A stretch of 61,353 bases of DNA from Hyphomicrobiales bacterium. GTDB taxonomy: Bacteria; Pseudomonadota; Alphaproteobacteria; Rhizobiales; Beijerinckiaceae. Within the stretch, counting starts at the first letter, position 1, and every line of letters begins with the position of its first letter. The notes beneath the pieces were generated by a model. That model worked only from the letters and a program-made list of their open reading frames with translations, was not told where the DNA came from and made no database searches. The position numbers were made by a program, and so were the translations under genes. The DNA lies in NCBI GenBank assembly GCA_003164915.1, contig PLRT01000178.1:1-61353 (forward strand), in the 5' to 3' direction. Positions 18,782-28,668 of this stretch are shown piece by piece.

Positions 18782-19569
18782 TTGGCCGCCTCCGCCGCCG
18801 GCTCGCCGATCGCCGGCTCGTCGCCCATGCCGGCCAGCACCTCGGCGACGTGACGGACTTTCACCGCCCGCCCCTGGCGCTGCAGCTTGCCCGCCATGTT
18901 CATCAGGCAGCCGAGATCGCCGGCGATCAGCGTGTCGGCGCCGGACGCGAGAATCTTGTCGCACTTGCGCGCGACGATCGCGTCGGACAATTCGCCGTAC
19001 TTGATCGCGAAGGTCCCGCCGAAGCCGCAGCAGACGTCGGATTCCTCGAGATCGACCAGCCGCAGTCCCTCGACGCCGGCGAGCAGCTTGCGCGGCTGGT
19101 CGCGAATGCCGAGCTCGCGCAAGCCGGAGCAGGAATCGTGGTAGGCCGCGACGCCCGCATAGCGCGCCGAGATCTTGGTCACGCCGAGCCGGTCGACCAG
19201 AAAGCTCGTCAGTTCGCAGCACTTGGCGGCGAAGGCGGCGGCCTTGATCGCCATATCGGGCTCTTCGGAGAACAGTTCGGGATAGTGCCTGGCGAGCATG
19301 CCGGCGCACGAGCCGCTCGGCGCGACGACATAGTCGCAGCCGGCGAAGCTCTCGATCGTCCGGCGGGCGATCGCCTGGGCGTCGGCGCGGTCGCCGGAAT
19401 TGTAGGCCGGCTGGCCGCAGCAGGTCTGCCGCGGCGCGATCACCGCGCAGCCCGCGTCCTCGAGCAGCTTGACCGCGGCGAAGCCGACGCTGGGGCGGAT
19501 CAGATCGACGAGGCAGGTGACGAACAGGCCGACGCGGAGCTGCGCCTGTGCCGCTTGGCTATCGGACAC
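18778..19569 (-). CDS. lutA: Lactate utilization protein A (CCG-domain, LutA/LldE)
   Basis: [45 protein letters not shown]; GTG start inferred. Confidence 0.92.
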   Translation of the reverse strand: MSDSQAAQAQLRVGLFVTCLVDLIRPSVGFAAVKLLEDAGCAVIAPRQTCCGQPAYNSGDRADAQAIARRTIESFAGCDYVVAPSGSCAGMLARHYPELFSEEPDMAIKAAAFAAKCCELTSFLVDRLGVTKISARYAGVAAYHDSCSGLRELGIRDQPRKLLAGVEGLRLVDLEESDVCCGFGGTFAIKYGELSDAIVARKCDKILASGADTLIAGDLGCLMNMAGKLQRQGRAVKVRHVAEVLAGMGDEPAIGEPAAEAAK

Positions 19570-19642
19570 GTTCCCCAGACCCTCCGGCGGCCGCCCGCGC
19601 CGCCCTTGTCGCACGTCCCGGCGCGCCCTAGTGTTGTGCGGC

Positions 19643-20956
19643 ATGATCCCGGATATCGCCACGCGTGTCTACAACCACACGTTCCGCATCGACCCGATCG
19701 TGCGGACGCTGCTGGATACCGATTTCTATAAACTATTGATGCAGCAGATGATCTGGAAGCTGCACCGCAACCGCCAGGTCACCTTCCAGCTCTACAACCG
19801 CTCGACCGAGGTCCGCCTCGCCGAGGTGATCGACGAGCGCGAGCTGATCGACCAGCTCGACCACGCCCGCTCGCTTCGCCTGGCCAAGAACGAGTTGATC
19901 TGGCTCGCGGGCAACACGTTTTACGGCGCCAAGCAGATTTTCGAGCCCGAATTCATGGAATGGCTGGCCGACTTCCGCCTGCCCGAGTACGAGCTCACCC
20001 GCAAGGAAGGACAATACGAACTGCGCTTCGCCGGCCCATGGGCCGACACGACCATGTGGGAGATCCCGGCGCTGGCGATCATCAACGAGCTGCGCGCGCG
20101 CGCCGCCATGCGCAGCATGAGCCGTTTCAATCTCGACGTGCTCTACGCCCGGGCCAAGGCCAAGCTGTGGAGCAAGGTCGAACGATTGCGCGCGCTGGCC
20201 GACGAGGGGCCGCTGAAGATCTCCGATTTCGGAACCCGCCGCCGCCACGGCTTTCTCTGGCAGCGCTGGTGCGTCGAGGCCTTGCAGGAGGGGCTCGGCG
20301 ACAATTTCATCGGCACGTCGAACGTCAAGCACGCGATGGACACCGGCCTCGAGGCGATCGGCACCAACGCCCATGAACTGCCGATGGTCTACGCCGCGCT
20401 CGCCGACGACGACGACGCGATGCGGCAGGCGCCCTATGACGTGCTACGCGACTGGGCCCGGATGTACGGCGGCAATCTGCTGATCGTGTTGCCAGACTGC
20501 TTCGGCTCGACCGCATTCCTGTCGCGCGCCCCCGACTGGGTGGCCGACTGGAAGGGCGCGCGGCCGGACTCGAAGGAGCCGCTGGCGGCGGCCAGCGAGC
20601 TGATCGCCTGGTGGCGGCGGCGCGGCCGCGATCCGCACGAAAAGCTGCTCGTCCTCTCCGACGCGATGGACATCGAAGGCATCGAGCGCGCGGTGCGCGA
20701 GTTGCGCGGGCGGATCAACGTCTCGATCGGCTGGGGCACCAATCTCACCAACGACTTCAACGGCTGCGCGACCGACGGGGTCGACGGCGAGCTGAAAGCG
20801 ATTTCGATCGTCTGCAAGGTCGCGGACGTCGAAGGTCGGCCGGCGGTCAAGCTTTCCGACAATCCCAACAAGGTGCTCGGTCCGCCCGACGAGATTGCCC
20901 GCTATCGCCGCGTGTTCGGCGTCTCCGGCATGGTCGCGCAGCCGGTGCTGGTCTAA
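19643..20956 (+). CDS. pncB: Nicotinate phosphoribosyltransferase
   Basis: [48 protein letters not shown]. Confidence 0.95.
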   Translation: MIPDIATRVYNHTFRIDPIVRTLLDTDFYKLLMQQMIWKLHRNRQVTFQLYNRSTEVRLAEVIDERELIDQLDHARSLRLAKNELIWLAGNTFYGAKQIFEPEFMEWLADFRLPEYELTRKEGQYELRFAGPWADTTMWEIPALAIINELRARAAMRSMSRFNLDVLYARAKAKLWSKVERLRALADEGPLKISDFGTRRRHGFLWQRWCVEALQEGLGDNFIGTSNVKHAMDTGLEAIGTNAHELPMVYAALADDDDAMRQAPYDVLRDWARMYGGNLLIVLPDCFGSTAFLSRAPDWVADWKGARPDSKEPLAAASELIAWWRRRGRDPHEKLLVLSDAMDIEGIERAVRELRGRINVSIGWGTNLTNDFNGCATDGVDGELKAISIVCKVADVEGRPAVKLSDNPNKVLGPPDEIARYRRVFGVSGMVAQPVLV

Positions 20957-21011
20957 CCGACGTCTTCTGTCGCGCGTCGCGACGAACGCTTCTTCCAGAA
21001 GGACCCCTTTC

Positions 21012-21869
21012 ATGACGATGGACGCAGTGGTCACCGGCGCCTCGACCGGGATTGGCCGCGCCGCTGTCAAGGCCCTCGTCGACCATGACTGGCGCGTCTT
21101 CGCCGGCGTGCGAAAGGTCGCCGACGCCGAGTCGCTGCGCCATGAATTCGGCGAAAGGGTCGAGCCGCTGCTGTTCGATGTGACCGACGCCGACGAGGTG
21201 CGGCGCGCCGCCGAGGAAACGCGCGTCAAGCTCGAGGGGCGGACGCTGAAGGGACTGGTCAATAACGCCGGCCTCGCGCGCGGCGGACCGCTCGCTCATC
21301 AGCCGGTCGACCAGATCCGCTGGGTGCTCGACGTCAATGTGCTCGGCGCTGTGCGGGTGAGCCAGGCGTTCATCCCTCTGCTCGGCGCGGATCGTTCGTT
21401 GACCGGCGGGCCGGGGCGGATCGTCAACATCTCCTCGGTCGCCGGCCGGATCGCCGCGCCGTTCCTCGGCGACTATGCGATGTCGAAACACGCGCTCGAG
21501 GCGTTCAGCGACAGCCTGAGGCGCGAGCTGACGATCTACGGCGTCGACGTCGTCGTCATCGGCCCCGGCGCGGTGAGGACGCCGATCTGGGACAAGGCCG
21601 AAACCAGCGACGACGCCGCCTACGCCGACACCGATTACGGCCCCATTCTGAGGCGGTTCAAGAAGGTCTTCGTCGAGCGCGGGCGCGAGGGCCTGCCGCC
21701 GAAAGCGCTCGGCGAGGCGATCTACCACGCCCTGACCGCGCCGAAGCCGCGGGCGCGCTATGCGATCCTGCGCAACAAGTTCTTCAACTGGACCGTGCCG
21801 ACGCTCTTGCCCAAGCGCGCGCTCGACCGCGTCATGACGCGCGCGCTGGGCCTGACGCGGCGCGCGTAA
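21012..21869 (+). CDS. Classical short-chain dehydrogenase/reductase
   Basis: TGASTGIG, LVNNAG, NISSVAG, YAMSK. Confidence 0.92.
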   Translation: MTMDAVVTGASTGIGRAAVKALVDHDWRVFAGVRKVADAESLRHEFGERVEPLLFDVTDADEVRRAAEETRVKLEGRTLKGLVNNAGLARGGPLAHQPVDQIRWVLDVNVLGAVRVSQAFIPLLGADRSLTGGPGRIVNISSVAGRIAAPFLGDYAMSKHALEAFSDSLRRELTIYGVDVVVIGPGAVRTPIWDKAETSDDAAYADTDYGPILRRFKKVFVERGREGLPPKALGEAIYHALTAPKPRARYAILRNKFFNWTVPTLLPKRALDRVMTRALGLTRRA

Positions 21870-21988
21870 GGGCTCGCCTGGCGCGCTGCGCCGGAAGTCG
21901 TCTTGCGGCGGCTCGGCGTTCCATGGATGATTTGCGGCGCTCGGCCGGCGACCGCGCCGGCCGCCACGACGCAAGGGAGGCGCCGGCC

Positions 21989-23422
21989 ATGTCTCAGATC
22001 GCCTTTCCGTCGCCCGATCCGACGATCCTGGCGCGGCGCGACGAGATCGTCGCCGGCCTCGCCGCGATCCTGCCGCCCGACGGTCTGATCGCCGACGTCG
22101 CCGGACGACGCGCCTTCGAGACCGACGCGCTGACCGCCTATCGCCGCCTGCCGCTCGCGGTCGCCCTGCCGTGCTCGATCGACGAGGTCGCGCGTATCAT
22201 GCGCTTCTGCCGCGACGGCGGGGTCAACATCGTGGCGCGCGGCGCCGGCACGTCGCTGTCGGGCGGCGCGATCCCGCAGGAGGACGCGATCGTCCTCGGC
22301 CTCAGCAAGATGAACCGCATCCTCGAGATCAACCTCGCCGACCGCTACGCGCGGGTCGAGGCGGGCGTCACCAATCTCGCCATCTCCGAAGCGGTCGCGG
22401 CGGACGGCTTCTTCTACGCGCCCGACCCGTCCTCGCAGCTCGCCTGCACGATCGGCGGCAATGTCGGGATGAACTCCGGCGGCGCGCACTGCCTGAAATA
22501 CGGCGTGACAGTCAACAATCTGCTGGGCGTACGGCTCGTCACCCTCGACGGCGACGTCCTCGACCTCGGCGGCCCCGCGCCCGACGCGGGCGGGCTCGAT
22601 TGGCTCGGCGTGGTCTGCGGCTCCGAGGGCCAGCTCGGAATCGTCGTCGAGGCGACGGTCAAGCTGATCCGCGCCGCCGAAGGCGCGCGGCCGACGCTGT
22701 TCGGCTTCGATTCCTGCGCCGACGCGAGCCGCTGCGTCGCGGCGATCGTCGGCGCCGGCATCGTGCCGGTGGCGATGGAATACATGGACAAGGCGGCGAT
22801 CGCGATCTGCGAGAACTTCGCCAAGGCCGGCTATCCGCTCGACGTCGAGGCGATGCTGATCGTCGAGGTCGAGGGCTCCGAAGCCGAGATCGCCGCCGAG
22901 CTGGCGCGCATCGGCGCCATCGCCAAGGCGCACGGCGTGCGCGTCACCCGCGAATCGATGTCGGCGATGGAGAGCGCGCAAATCTGGAAGGGGCGCAAGT
23001 CGGCCTTCGGCGCGACCGGCCGCGTCGCCGACTACATCTGCATGGACGGCACGGTGCCGACCGGGCGGCTGCCCGAGGCGCTCGAGCGCGTCGGCGAGAT
23101 CTGCGCCGCCTATGGCTTGCGCGTCGCCAACGTCTTCCACGCCGGCGACGGCAACATGCACCCGCTCATCCTCTACGACGTCAACGATCCCGACCAGCAG
23201 CAGAAGGCAGAAGAGGCGGGGATGGAGGTCTTGAAGATGAGCGTCGCGCTCGGCGGCAGCCTGACTGGCGAACACGGCGTTGGGATCGAGAAGCGCGACC
23301 TGATGACCTGCCAATACAGCGACGCCGATCTCGCACAGCAGAAGCGCGTGCGCGCCGCCTTCGACCCGCAGGCGCAGCTCAACCCCGCCAAGGTCTTCCC
23401 GCTCGAGAGGAGGCCAGCGTGA
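21989..23422 (+). CDS. glcD: Glycolate oxidase subunit D (FAD-linked)
   Basis: RGAGTSLSGG, PDPSSQLACTIGGN, GGAHCLKYG, GSEGQLG, HAGDGNMHP, TGEHGVG.EKRD. Confidence 0.94.
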   Translation: MSQIAFPSPDPTILARRDEIVAGLAAILPPDGLIADVAGRRAFETDALTAYRRLPLAVALPCSIDEVARIMRFCRDGGVNIVARGAGTSLSGGAIPQEDAIVLGLSKMNRILEINLADRYARVEAGVTNLAISEAVAADGFFYAPDPSSQLACTIGGNVGMNSGGAHCLKYGVTVNNLLGVRLVTLDGDVLDLGGPAPDAGGLDWLGVVCGSEGQLGIVVEATVKLIRAAEGARPTLFGFDSCADASRCVAAIVGAGIVPVAMEYMDKAAIAICENFAKAGYPLDVEAMLIVEVEGSEAEIAAELARIGAIAKAHGVRVTRESMSAMESAQIWKGRKSAFGATGRVADYICMDGTVPTGRLPEALERVGEICAAYGLRVANVFHAGDGNMHPLILYDVNDPDQQQKAEEAGMEVLKMSVALGGSLTGEHGVGIEKRDLMTCQYSDADLAQQKRVRAAFDPQAQLNPAKVFPLERRPA

Positions 23423-24612
23423 TCGTCGAACAGGCCGCCGCGCTGGCGCCGGCCGACGAGGACGAAGCGCGCGCGATCGTGGCCGAAGCGCGCCTCGGCG
23501 ACGAAACGCTCGACATCGTCGGCGGCGGCTCGCGGGCCGGCTTCGGCCGCCCGCCGGAAGGCCGGCGGCGCCTGTCGAGCGCGCGGCTCGACGGAATCGT
23601 GTTCCACGAGCCGGCCGAGATGACGCTGCGCGCCAGGGCGGGCGCGCCGCTCAGCGCCATCGCCGTGGCGCTCGACGCGCACAATCAGATGCTGCCGTTC
23701 GAGCCGATCGACCATCGCGCGTTGCTGGGCGGCGGCGAACCGACGGTCGGCGGATTGGTGGCGACCAACGCCTCCGGCCCGCGCCGCGTCAGCGCCGGCG
23801 CGGCGCGCGACAGTTTGATCGGGCTGAGGCTGGTCAACGGCCTTGGCGAAGCGATCATGAGCGGCGGCCGAGTGACGAAGAACGTCGCCGGCCTCGACCT
23901 GGTCAAGCTCAATTGCGGCGCGCTCGGAACGCTCGGGTTCCTCACCGAGGCGACGTTCAAGCTCTTGCCGAAGCCGGAGAGCGAGGCGACGATCGTCATC
24001 CGCCGTCTCGACGATCCGCGCGCGATCGCGGCGATGACCGCGGCGCTCGGCTCGCCCTACGGCGTCAGCGGCGCCGCGGCGCTGACGCCCGGCATGGGAC
24101 GGGAATTTTCCCGCACGTTCCTGCGCGTCGAAGGCTTCGCCGCCTCGGTCGACCATCGCGCCGAGGCGCTGCTGAAGCTGCTCGCCGAGTTCGGACCCGA
24201 GCGCGTGTTGTGCGGCGAGGATTCGCAGCGGCTGTGGCGCGGCGTGCGCGACGTCGAGTTCCTCGCCGAGCCGCGCGTCCGCGCGGTGTGGCGCGTCGGC
24301 GTGCGCGCCTCGCGCGCGGTCGAATTTCTCGCCCGGCTCGGCCCGCATGCGTTGGCGCATCTCTTCGATTGTGGCGGCGGCCTCGTCTGGCTGGCGACCG
24401 CGCCGACGCCGGCCGACGCCGCAGCGGTGCGCGCCGCGCTGGCGCCGCTCGGCGGCCACGCGACGATCGTCCGCGCGCCGCAAGATTTGCGCGCGGCGGT
24501 CGACGTGTTTCAGCGCCAGCCGGCCGCGCTGACCGCGCTGACGCGTCGGATCAAGGCCGCCTTCGATCCCGACGGCGTGTTCAACCGCGGGCGGATGTAT
24601 GCGGGGATCTAG
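23419..24612 (+). CDS. glcE: Glycolate oxidase subunit E
   Basis: EPAEMT, QMLPFEP, TVGG.VA.N.SGPRR..GAARD, GGRV.KNVAG.DL.KL, K..FDP.GVFN.GR; GTGA overlap with glcD. Confidence 0.92.
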   Translation: MIVEQAAALAPADEDEARAIVAEARLGDETLDIVGGGSRAGFGRPPEGRRRLSSARLDGIVFHEPAEMTLRARAGAPLSAIAVALDAHNQMLPFEPIDHRALLGGGEPTVGGLVATNASGPRRVSAGAARDSLIGLRLVNGLGEAIMSGGRVTKNVAGLDLVKLNCGALGTLGFLTEATFKLLPKPESEATIVIRRLDDPRAIAAMTAALGSPYGVSGAAALTPGMGREFSRTFLRVEGFAASVDHRAEALLKLLAEFGPERVLCGEDSQRLWRGVRDVEFLAEPRVRAVWRVGVRASRAVEFLARLGPHALAHLFDCGGGLVWLATAPTPADAAAVRAALAPLGGHATIVRAPQDLRAAVDVFQRQPAALTALTRRIKAAFDPDGVFNRGRMYAGI

Positions 24613-24648
24613 CGAAGCGAGGCCCTGCCGCCGCTATGGTCGGAAGGG

Positions 24649-24793
24649 TCCTTGATGGCTTGGAGGCGATTGTGCGCGTGAGGGATTCAAACTCGAGGAC
24701 GGCCCGAAGGGTCGCTGCCGGAGGCCGTGCGCCACCCGGCGCATCCTTGACTTCGAATCCCTCGCGCGCCTCGCTCCGCCAAGCCATCAAGGA
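24649..24793. repeat. 145-bp palindromic intergenic element (MITE/RIME-like)
   Basis: Perfect 15-bp terminal inverted repeat TCCTTGATGGCTTGG / CCAAGCCATCAAGGA, with inner arms GCGCGTGAGGGATTC / GAATCCCTCGCGCGC. Confidence 0.75.
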
Positions 24794-24842
24794 ACGACTC
24801 TGCAAGTCGTCGCGCGCCTTTCTGGTCCGGGATTGAGGGCCG

Positions 24843-26144
24843 ATGCAGACCCATTTCGCTCCCGAGCAACTCGCCGACCCGCAGACGCGGGCGCTGGAGA
24901 AGATCCTGCGCTCCTGCGTCCATTGCGGCTTCTGCACCGCGACCTGCCCCACATATGTGGTCAGCGGCGACGAGCGCGATTCACCGCGCGGCCGCATCTA
25001 TCTGATCAAGGACCTGCTCGAGACCGACCGCGCGCCGACCGACGACGATGTCTGGCCGATCGACCATTGTCTTTCCTGCAACGCCTGCATGACGACCTGC
25101 CCCTCAGGCGTCGACTACCGCCGGCTCGTCGATCGCGCGCGCGCGCTGATCGAGGAGCGCTACCAGCGCCCGCTGCCCGACCGGCTGATGCGCTGGGCGC
25201 TGGCGCGCGTCTTGCCGTCGCGCCCGCTGCTCGCGCTCGGCCTCAGGATCGGCGCGCTGGCGCGGCCGTTCGCGCCGTTGATCGCCGCCATCCCGCGCGT
25301 CGGGCCGCAGCTTGGAGCGATGCTCGCGCTGGCGCAGAGGCGCAGGCCGCGCGCGACGGCCGAGCGCCGCGCCGCGACCCGCCTGGTTCAACCGACCCCC
25401 GGAGGCAGACGCGTCGCCCTGTTGACCGGCTGCGCGCAGGCTGTCCTCGCCCCCGAGATCAACGCCGCGACCGAGCGCCTTCTGAGCCGCGCCGGAATCG
25501 CCGTCGCGCCGGCGCCGGGCGAACGCTGCTGCGGTTCGCTGCTGCATCACATGGGGCGCGAGGACGCAGCGCGCGCCCAGATGCGCGCCGCCATCGACGC
25601 CTGGACGCCGCTGATCAAGGAGGGGCTGGAAGCGATCGTCGTCACCGCCTCAGGCTGCGGCGCGACGATCAAGGACTATGGCGCGCTGCTCGCCGACGAT
25701 TCCGCCTACGCCGACAAGGCGGCGCGGGTCGCGGCGATGGCGCGCGACGTGACCGAGTATGTCGCCGGCCTCGACCTCGCCTTCGCCGCGCCGAAGCCGC
25801 TCGTCGTCGCCTATCACGCCGCCTGCACCCTGCAGCACGGCCAGCAGATCGTCGAGCCGCCGAAGGCGCTGCTCAGGCGCGCGGGCTTCGAGGTGCGCAG
25901 TCCGAGCGAGAGCCATCTCTGCTGCGGCTCGGCGGGGACCTACAACATCCTCCATCCCGAGACCGCCGCCGCGCTGCGCGCGCGCAAGGTCGCCAATCTC
26001 GAGCGGCTGCAGCCCGACGTCGTCGCCGCCGGCAACATCGGCTGCCTGACCCAGATCGCCGGCGCGACCACCGTGCCGGTCGTCCACACCGTCGAACTGC
26101 TGGACTGGGCGAGCGGCGGGCCCGCGCCGGCGGGGCTGGGATGA
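24843..26144 (+). CDS. glcF: Glycolate oxidase iron-sulfur subunit
   Basis: MQT.F, CVHCGFCTATCP, DSPRGRIYLIK, CLSCNACMTTCPSGV, two CCG motifs, NIGC. Confidence 0.95.
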   Translation: MQTHFAPEQLADPQTRALEKILRSCVHCGFCTATCPTYVVSGDERDSPRGRIYLIKDLLETDRAPTDDDVWPIDHCLSCNACMTTCPSGVDYRRLVDRARALIEERYQRPLPDRLMRWALARVLPSRPLLALGLRIGALARPFAPLIAAIPRVGPQLGAMLALAQRRRPRATAERRAATRLVQPTPGGRRVALLTGCAQAVLAPEINAATERLLSRAGIAVAPAPGERCCGSLLHHMGREDAARAQMRAAIDAWTPLIKEGLEAIVVTASGCGATIKDYGALLADDSAYADKAARVAAMARDVTEYVAGLDLAFAAPKPLVVAYHAACTLQHGQQIVEPPKALLRRAGFEVRSPSESHLCCGSAGTYNILHPETAAALRARKVANLERLQPDVVAAGNIGCLTQIAGATTVPVVHTVELLDWASGGPAPAGLG

Positions 26145-26169
26145 AATTCGCCGCAGACGCCTGATCCCT

Positions 26170-26264
26170 CCGTCATTGCGACGAGCGCAGTCACGCAGCA
26201 ATCCAGGCTTGGGTTCGCAGCGGCGACCTCGTCTGGATCGCGCCGCTGCCGCTCGCCATGGCGG
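26170..26264. repeat. Degenerate alphaproteobacterial REP-like palindrome
   Basis: CCGTCATTGCGA...GCAATCCAG...CTGGATCGC...TCGCCATGGCGG, resembling the GTCATTGCGAG...GCAATCCAG/CTGGATTGC...CTCGCAATGAC rhizobial repeat. Confidence 0.6.
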
Positions 26265-26442
26265 CGGCGGGCTGACAGCGCCTCTGGCGGGCGCGGCGCC
26301 ACTTTCCGACGGGTGGGCCCGATTTCAATCGCTTGCGCGACAATATTCCGCCGCGCCGCGGGCCGGGCGCCGCGACGAAAGCGGAGACCACTTTCGAGGC
26401 CTGTGCGCGGATCGAAAGGCGCTCAAGCCGAGGCCCGCTCGA

Positions 26443-27189
26443 TCACGATCCCGTCTTCTTGAGCGCATGCCCGGCTCGCAGCTGCGGTAGATTTGCCGCC
26501 GATCGTACGCGCTCGAGAACGTCGCCCAGCATTTTGCGCATCGCCGCGCGAGCACGATCAGGCTTTTGGGTCTCAATGGCCAGCAAAACCCTTTTGTGCG
26601 CACTGAGATCGCCAACCGTATGTCCAAAGAGAGCGTTGGTCGTCGGCACGCTGAATCGCAACGCGGTGTGGATCAGCGCTGAAAGCGGCTGAAACATTCG
26701 ATTATGCGTCGCCGCAAGAATCGATTCGTGGAAGGCGGCGTCGGCGGCGACGGGATCCTCCCCGCCAAGCGAGGCGCTCTGCATATGTTCAAAAGCGGCT
26801 CGGACGGCCGCAAGGTCCTCATCGTTCCGGCGTTCGGCGGCGAGCGCGGCAGCCTCGCACTCGAACGCCAGCCGCATCTCAAATAGCTCGATGATGACCT
26901 GGCGCGGGGTTGCCGTCTCTCGTAGCCAATCGAGCACCGCCGGATCGAGGAAGTTCCAATCCTTCGTCGGACGAACGCGAGACCCACGGCGCGGACGGGT
27001 CTGTAGCAGGCCCTTGGCGGCGAGGATTTTGACCGCCTCGCGGGCGGCGCTGCGGCTAGCTGTGAAGCGCGTGCAGACTTCTTCCTCGCCAGGGATGGAA
27101 CTGCCGGGCGGGTATGTGCCGCCGACAACCTCCCGGCCAAGGACATTGGCGATCTCGCCTGTGACGGTGGAATTTTCGTGGCCAGTCAT
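26443..27189 (-). CDS. FadR/GntR-family regulator (DgoR-like)
   Basis: wHTH SRSAAREAVKILAAKGL...RPRRG, WNFLDP.VL.W, FCD domain D.AFH..IL.ATHN. Confidence 0.9.
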   Translation of the reverse strand: MTGHENSTVTGEIANVLGREVVGGTYPPGSSIPGEEEVCTRFTASRSAAREAVKILAAKGLLQTRPRRGSRVRPTKDWNFLDPAVLDWLRETATPRQVIIELFEMRLAFECEAAALAAERRNDEDLAAVRAAFEHMQSASLGGEDPVAADAAFHESILAATHNRMFQPLSALIHTALRFSVPTTNALFGHTVGDLSAHKRVLLAIETQKPDRARAAMRKMLGDVLERVRSAANLPQLRAGHALKKTGS

Positions 27190-27542
27190 TCTGGGGATCG
27201 GTGCTCACAGGGAGCGCAAGTCATATAGGCTGTAGGGCCGCACGCCTAGGGTGTGGACTCAACAGAGCGGAGTCACAGGCGCCTTGATAGGCCGCCGATC
27301 GAACAGGGAACTCGGGCGACAGCGCTGCGCGCCGCCAAGATACAACTGAGCAAGGCTGCAATCCAGATCGAAGCCGGCGCGTCCAGCGACTTGGCGGCGC
27401 TCCGGCATAGGAATAGGCCCGGCGGGTCGAAGAGCGCTGTTCCGTTGGGGCGCCCGAGCGTCGCGCTGCGCAACAGAATTAGCCAGGAGCGCGCGACGAG
27501 GACGTCCTTCCGTCAAGACAGCCCTGTTCCGCTAAATCAGAC

Positions 27543-27553
27543 TTATCCGACAA
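27543..27553. promoter_or_regulatory. Candidate FadR-type operator upstream of idnD
   Basis: Near-palindrome TTATCCGACAA within ATCAGACTT-ATCCGACAA, between the divergent regulator and idnD. Confidence 0.3.
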
Positions 27554-27639
27554 ATGAGATTGAAGCCAGCGTTCCAAAGGTGATAGACAGCGATAGATCG
27601 GATTGGCGAGGGCTTTTCGTGGTCGTTTCCACACGTTCT

Positions 27640-28668
27640 ATGCAGTCGATTGTCTTGCACAAACGGCTGGATCTGCGGATTGAAGAGCAGGCCGCGCCTT
27701 TGCCCGGTTCGGGCGAAGTGCTGGTGAGGGTCGAACGGGGCGGTATCTGCGGCTCGGACCTGCACTACTACCATCGCGGCGGCTTCGGCGCGTTTCAGAT
27801 CACGGAGCCGATGACGCTCGGTCACGAAATCGCCGGGAGGGTCGAAGCGCTCGGCGCCGGCGTCAGCTGGCCGGCTGTCGGGACTATGGTCGCCGTCAAT
27901 CCTGCAAGCCCGTGCGGTCAGTGCGAGTTCTGCCGCAAAGGTCGGCCGATCCATTGCCTTGACATGCGCTTTCTCGGCTCGGCGATGCGCACGCCGCATG
28001 TGCAAGGCGGCTTTTCGCAGTACGTCGTTTGCCGCGCCGAAAACGCGGCGCCGCTGAATAACGGCGACGCAGCGGCTGGCGCCTTCGCCGAGCCGTTGGC
28101 TGTCTGCCTTCATGCCGTGGGCGAGGCGTCGGTTTATGGCAGCCGCGTGTTGGTCATGGGCTCTGGGCCTATCGGCTCGCTGCTGGTGATGGCGGCGCGC
28201 TTTGCCGGCGCGCGCGAGATCGTGGCGGTCGACGTGAAGGACGAACCCCTCGTCTACGCCCGCAAGGTCGGCGCCGATCGCACGATCAATATCGCCGAGC
28301 GTCCGGAAGCCCTCGAACCCTTTGCGGCGAACAAGGGCTATTTCGACGTGATCTTCGAGGCGGCCGGTCAGGGGTCGACCGTCGCCAGCGCGCCGCAATA
28401 CGTGCGGCCGCGGGGCACCGTGATGCTTATCGGTCAGGGCGCCACCGCTCAGCTCGCCGTGTCGGGCATCGTCACGAAGGAGATCAACTTGCGCGGCGCG
28501 TTTCGATTCGACAGCGAGTTTGGCCTCGCCGTCGAGCTTATCGACAACAAGCGCGTCGACATCTCGCCGCTCATCAGCGACACACTGCCCGCGGCGAAAG
28601 CCAAAATCGCGTTCGATCTCGCGGGCGACCGGTCGAAATCGATGAAGGTGCAGCTTGATTTCGCGTGA
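27640..28668 (+). CDS. idnD: L-idonate 5-dehydrogenase (Zn-dependent MDR)
   Basis: GGICGSDLHYY, GHE, CGQCEFC...C, MRFLGSAMR.PHVQGGF, GSGPIG, G.FRF..EF, SMKVQL.F; followed by an idnO-like SDR. Confidence 0.85.
   Translation: MQSIVLHKRLDLRIEEQAAPLPGSGEVLVRVERGGICGSDLHYYHRGGFGAFQITEPMTLGHEIAGRVEALGAGVSWPAVGTMVAVNPASPCGQCEFCRKGRPIHCLDMRFLGSAMRTPHVQGGFSQYVVCRAENAAPLNNGDAAAGAFAEPLAVCLHAVGEASVYGSRVLVMGSGPIGSLLVMAARFAGAREIVAVDVKDEPLVYARKVGADRTINIAERPEALEPFAANKGYFDVIFEAAGQGSTVASAPQYVRPRGTVMLIGQGATAQLAVSGIVTKEINLRGAFRFDSEFGLAVELIDNKRVDISPLISDTLPAAKAKIAFDLAGDRSKSMKVQLDFA

Noticed and set aside
27190-27639. 129-aa N-terminal extension of idnD or a separate gene in this gap
   Set aside because: No recognisable motif; the dehydrogenase fold starts at ATG 27640 and the region must hold the divergent promoters.
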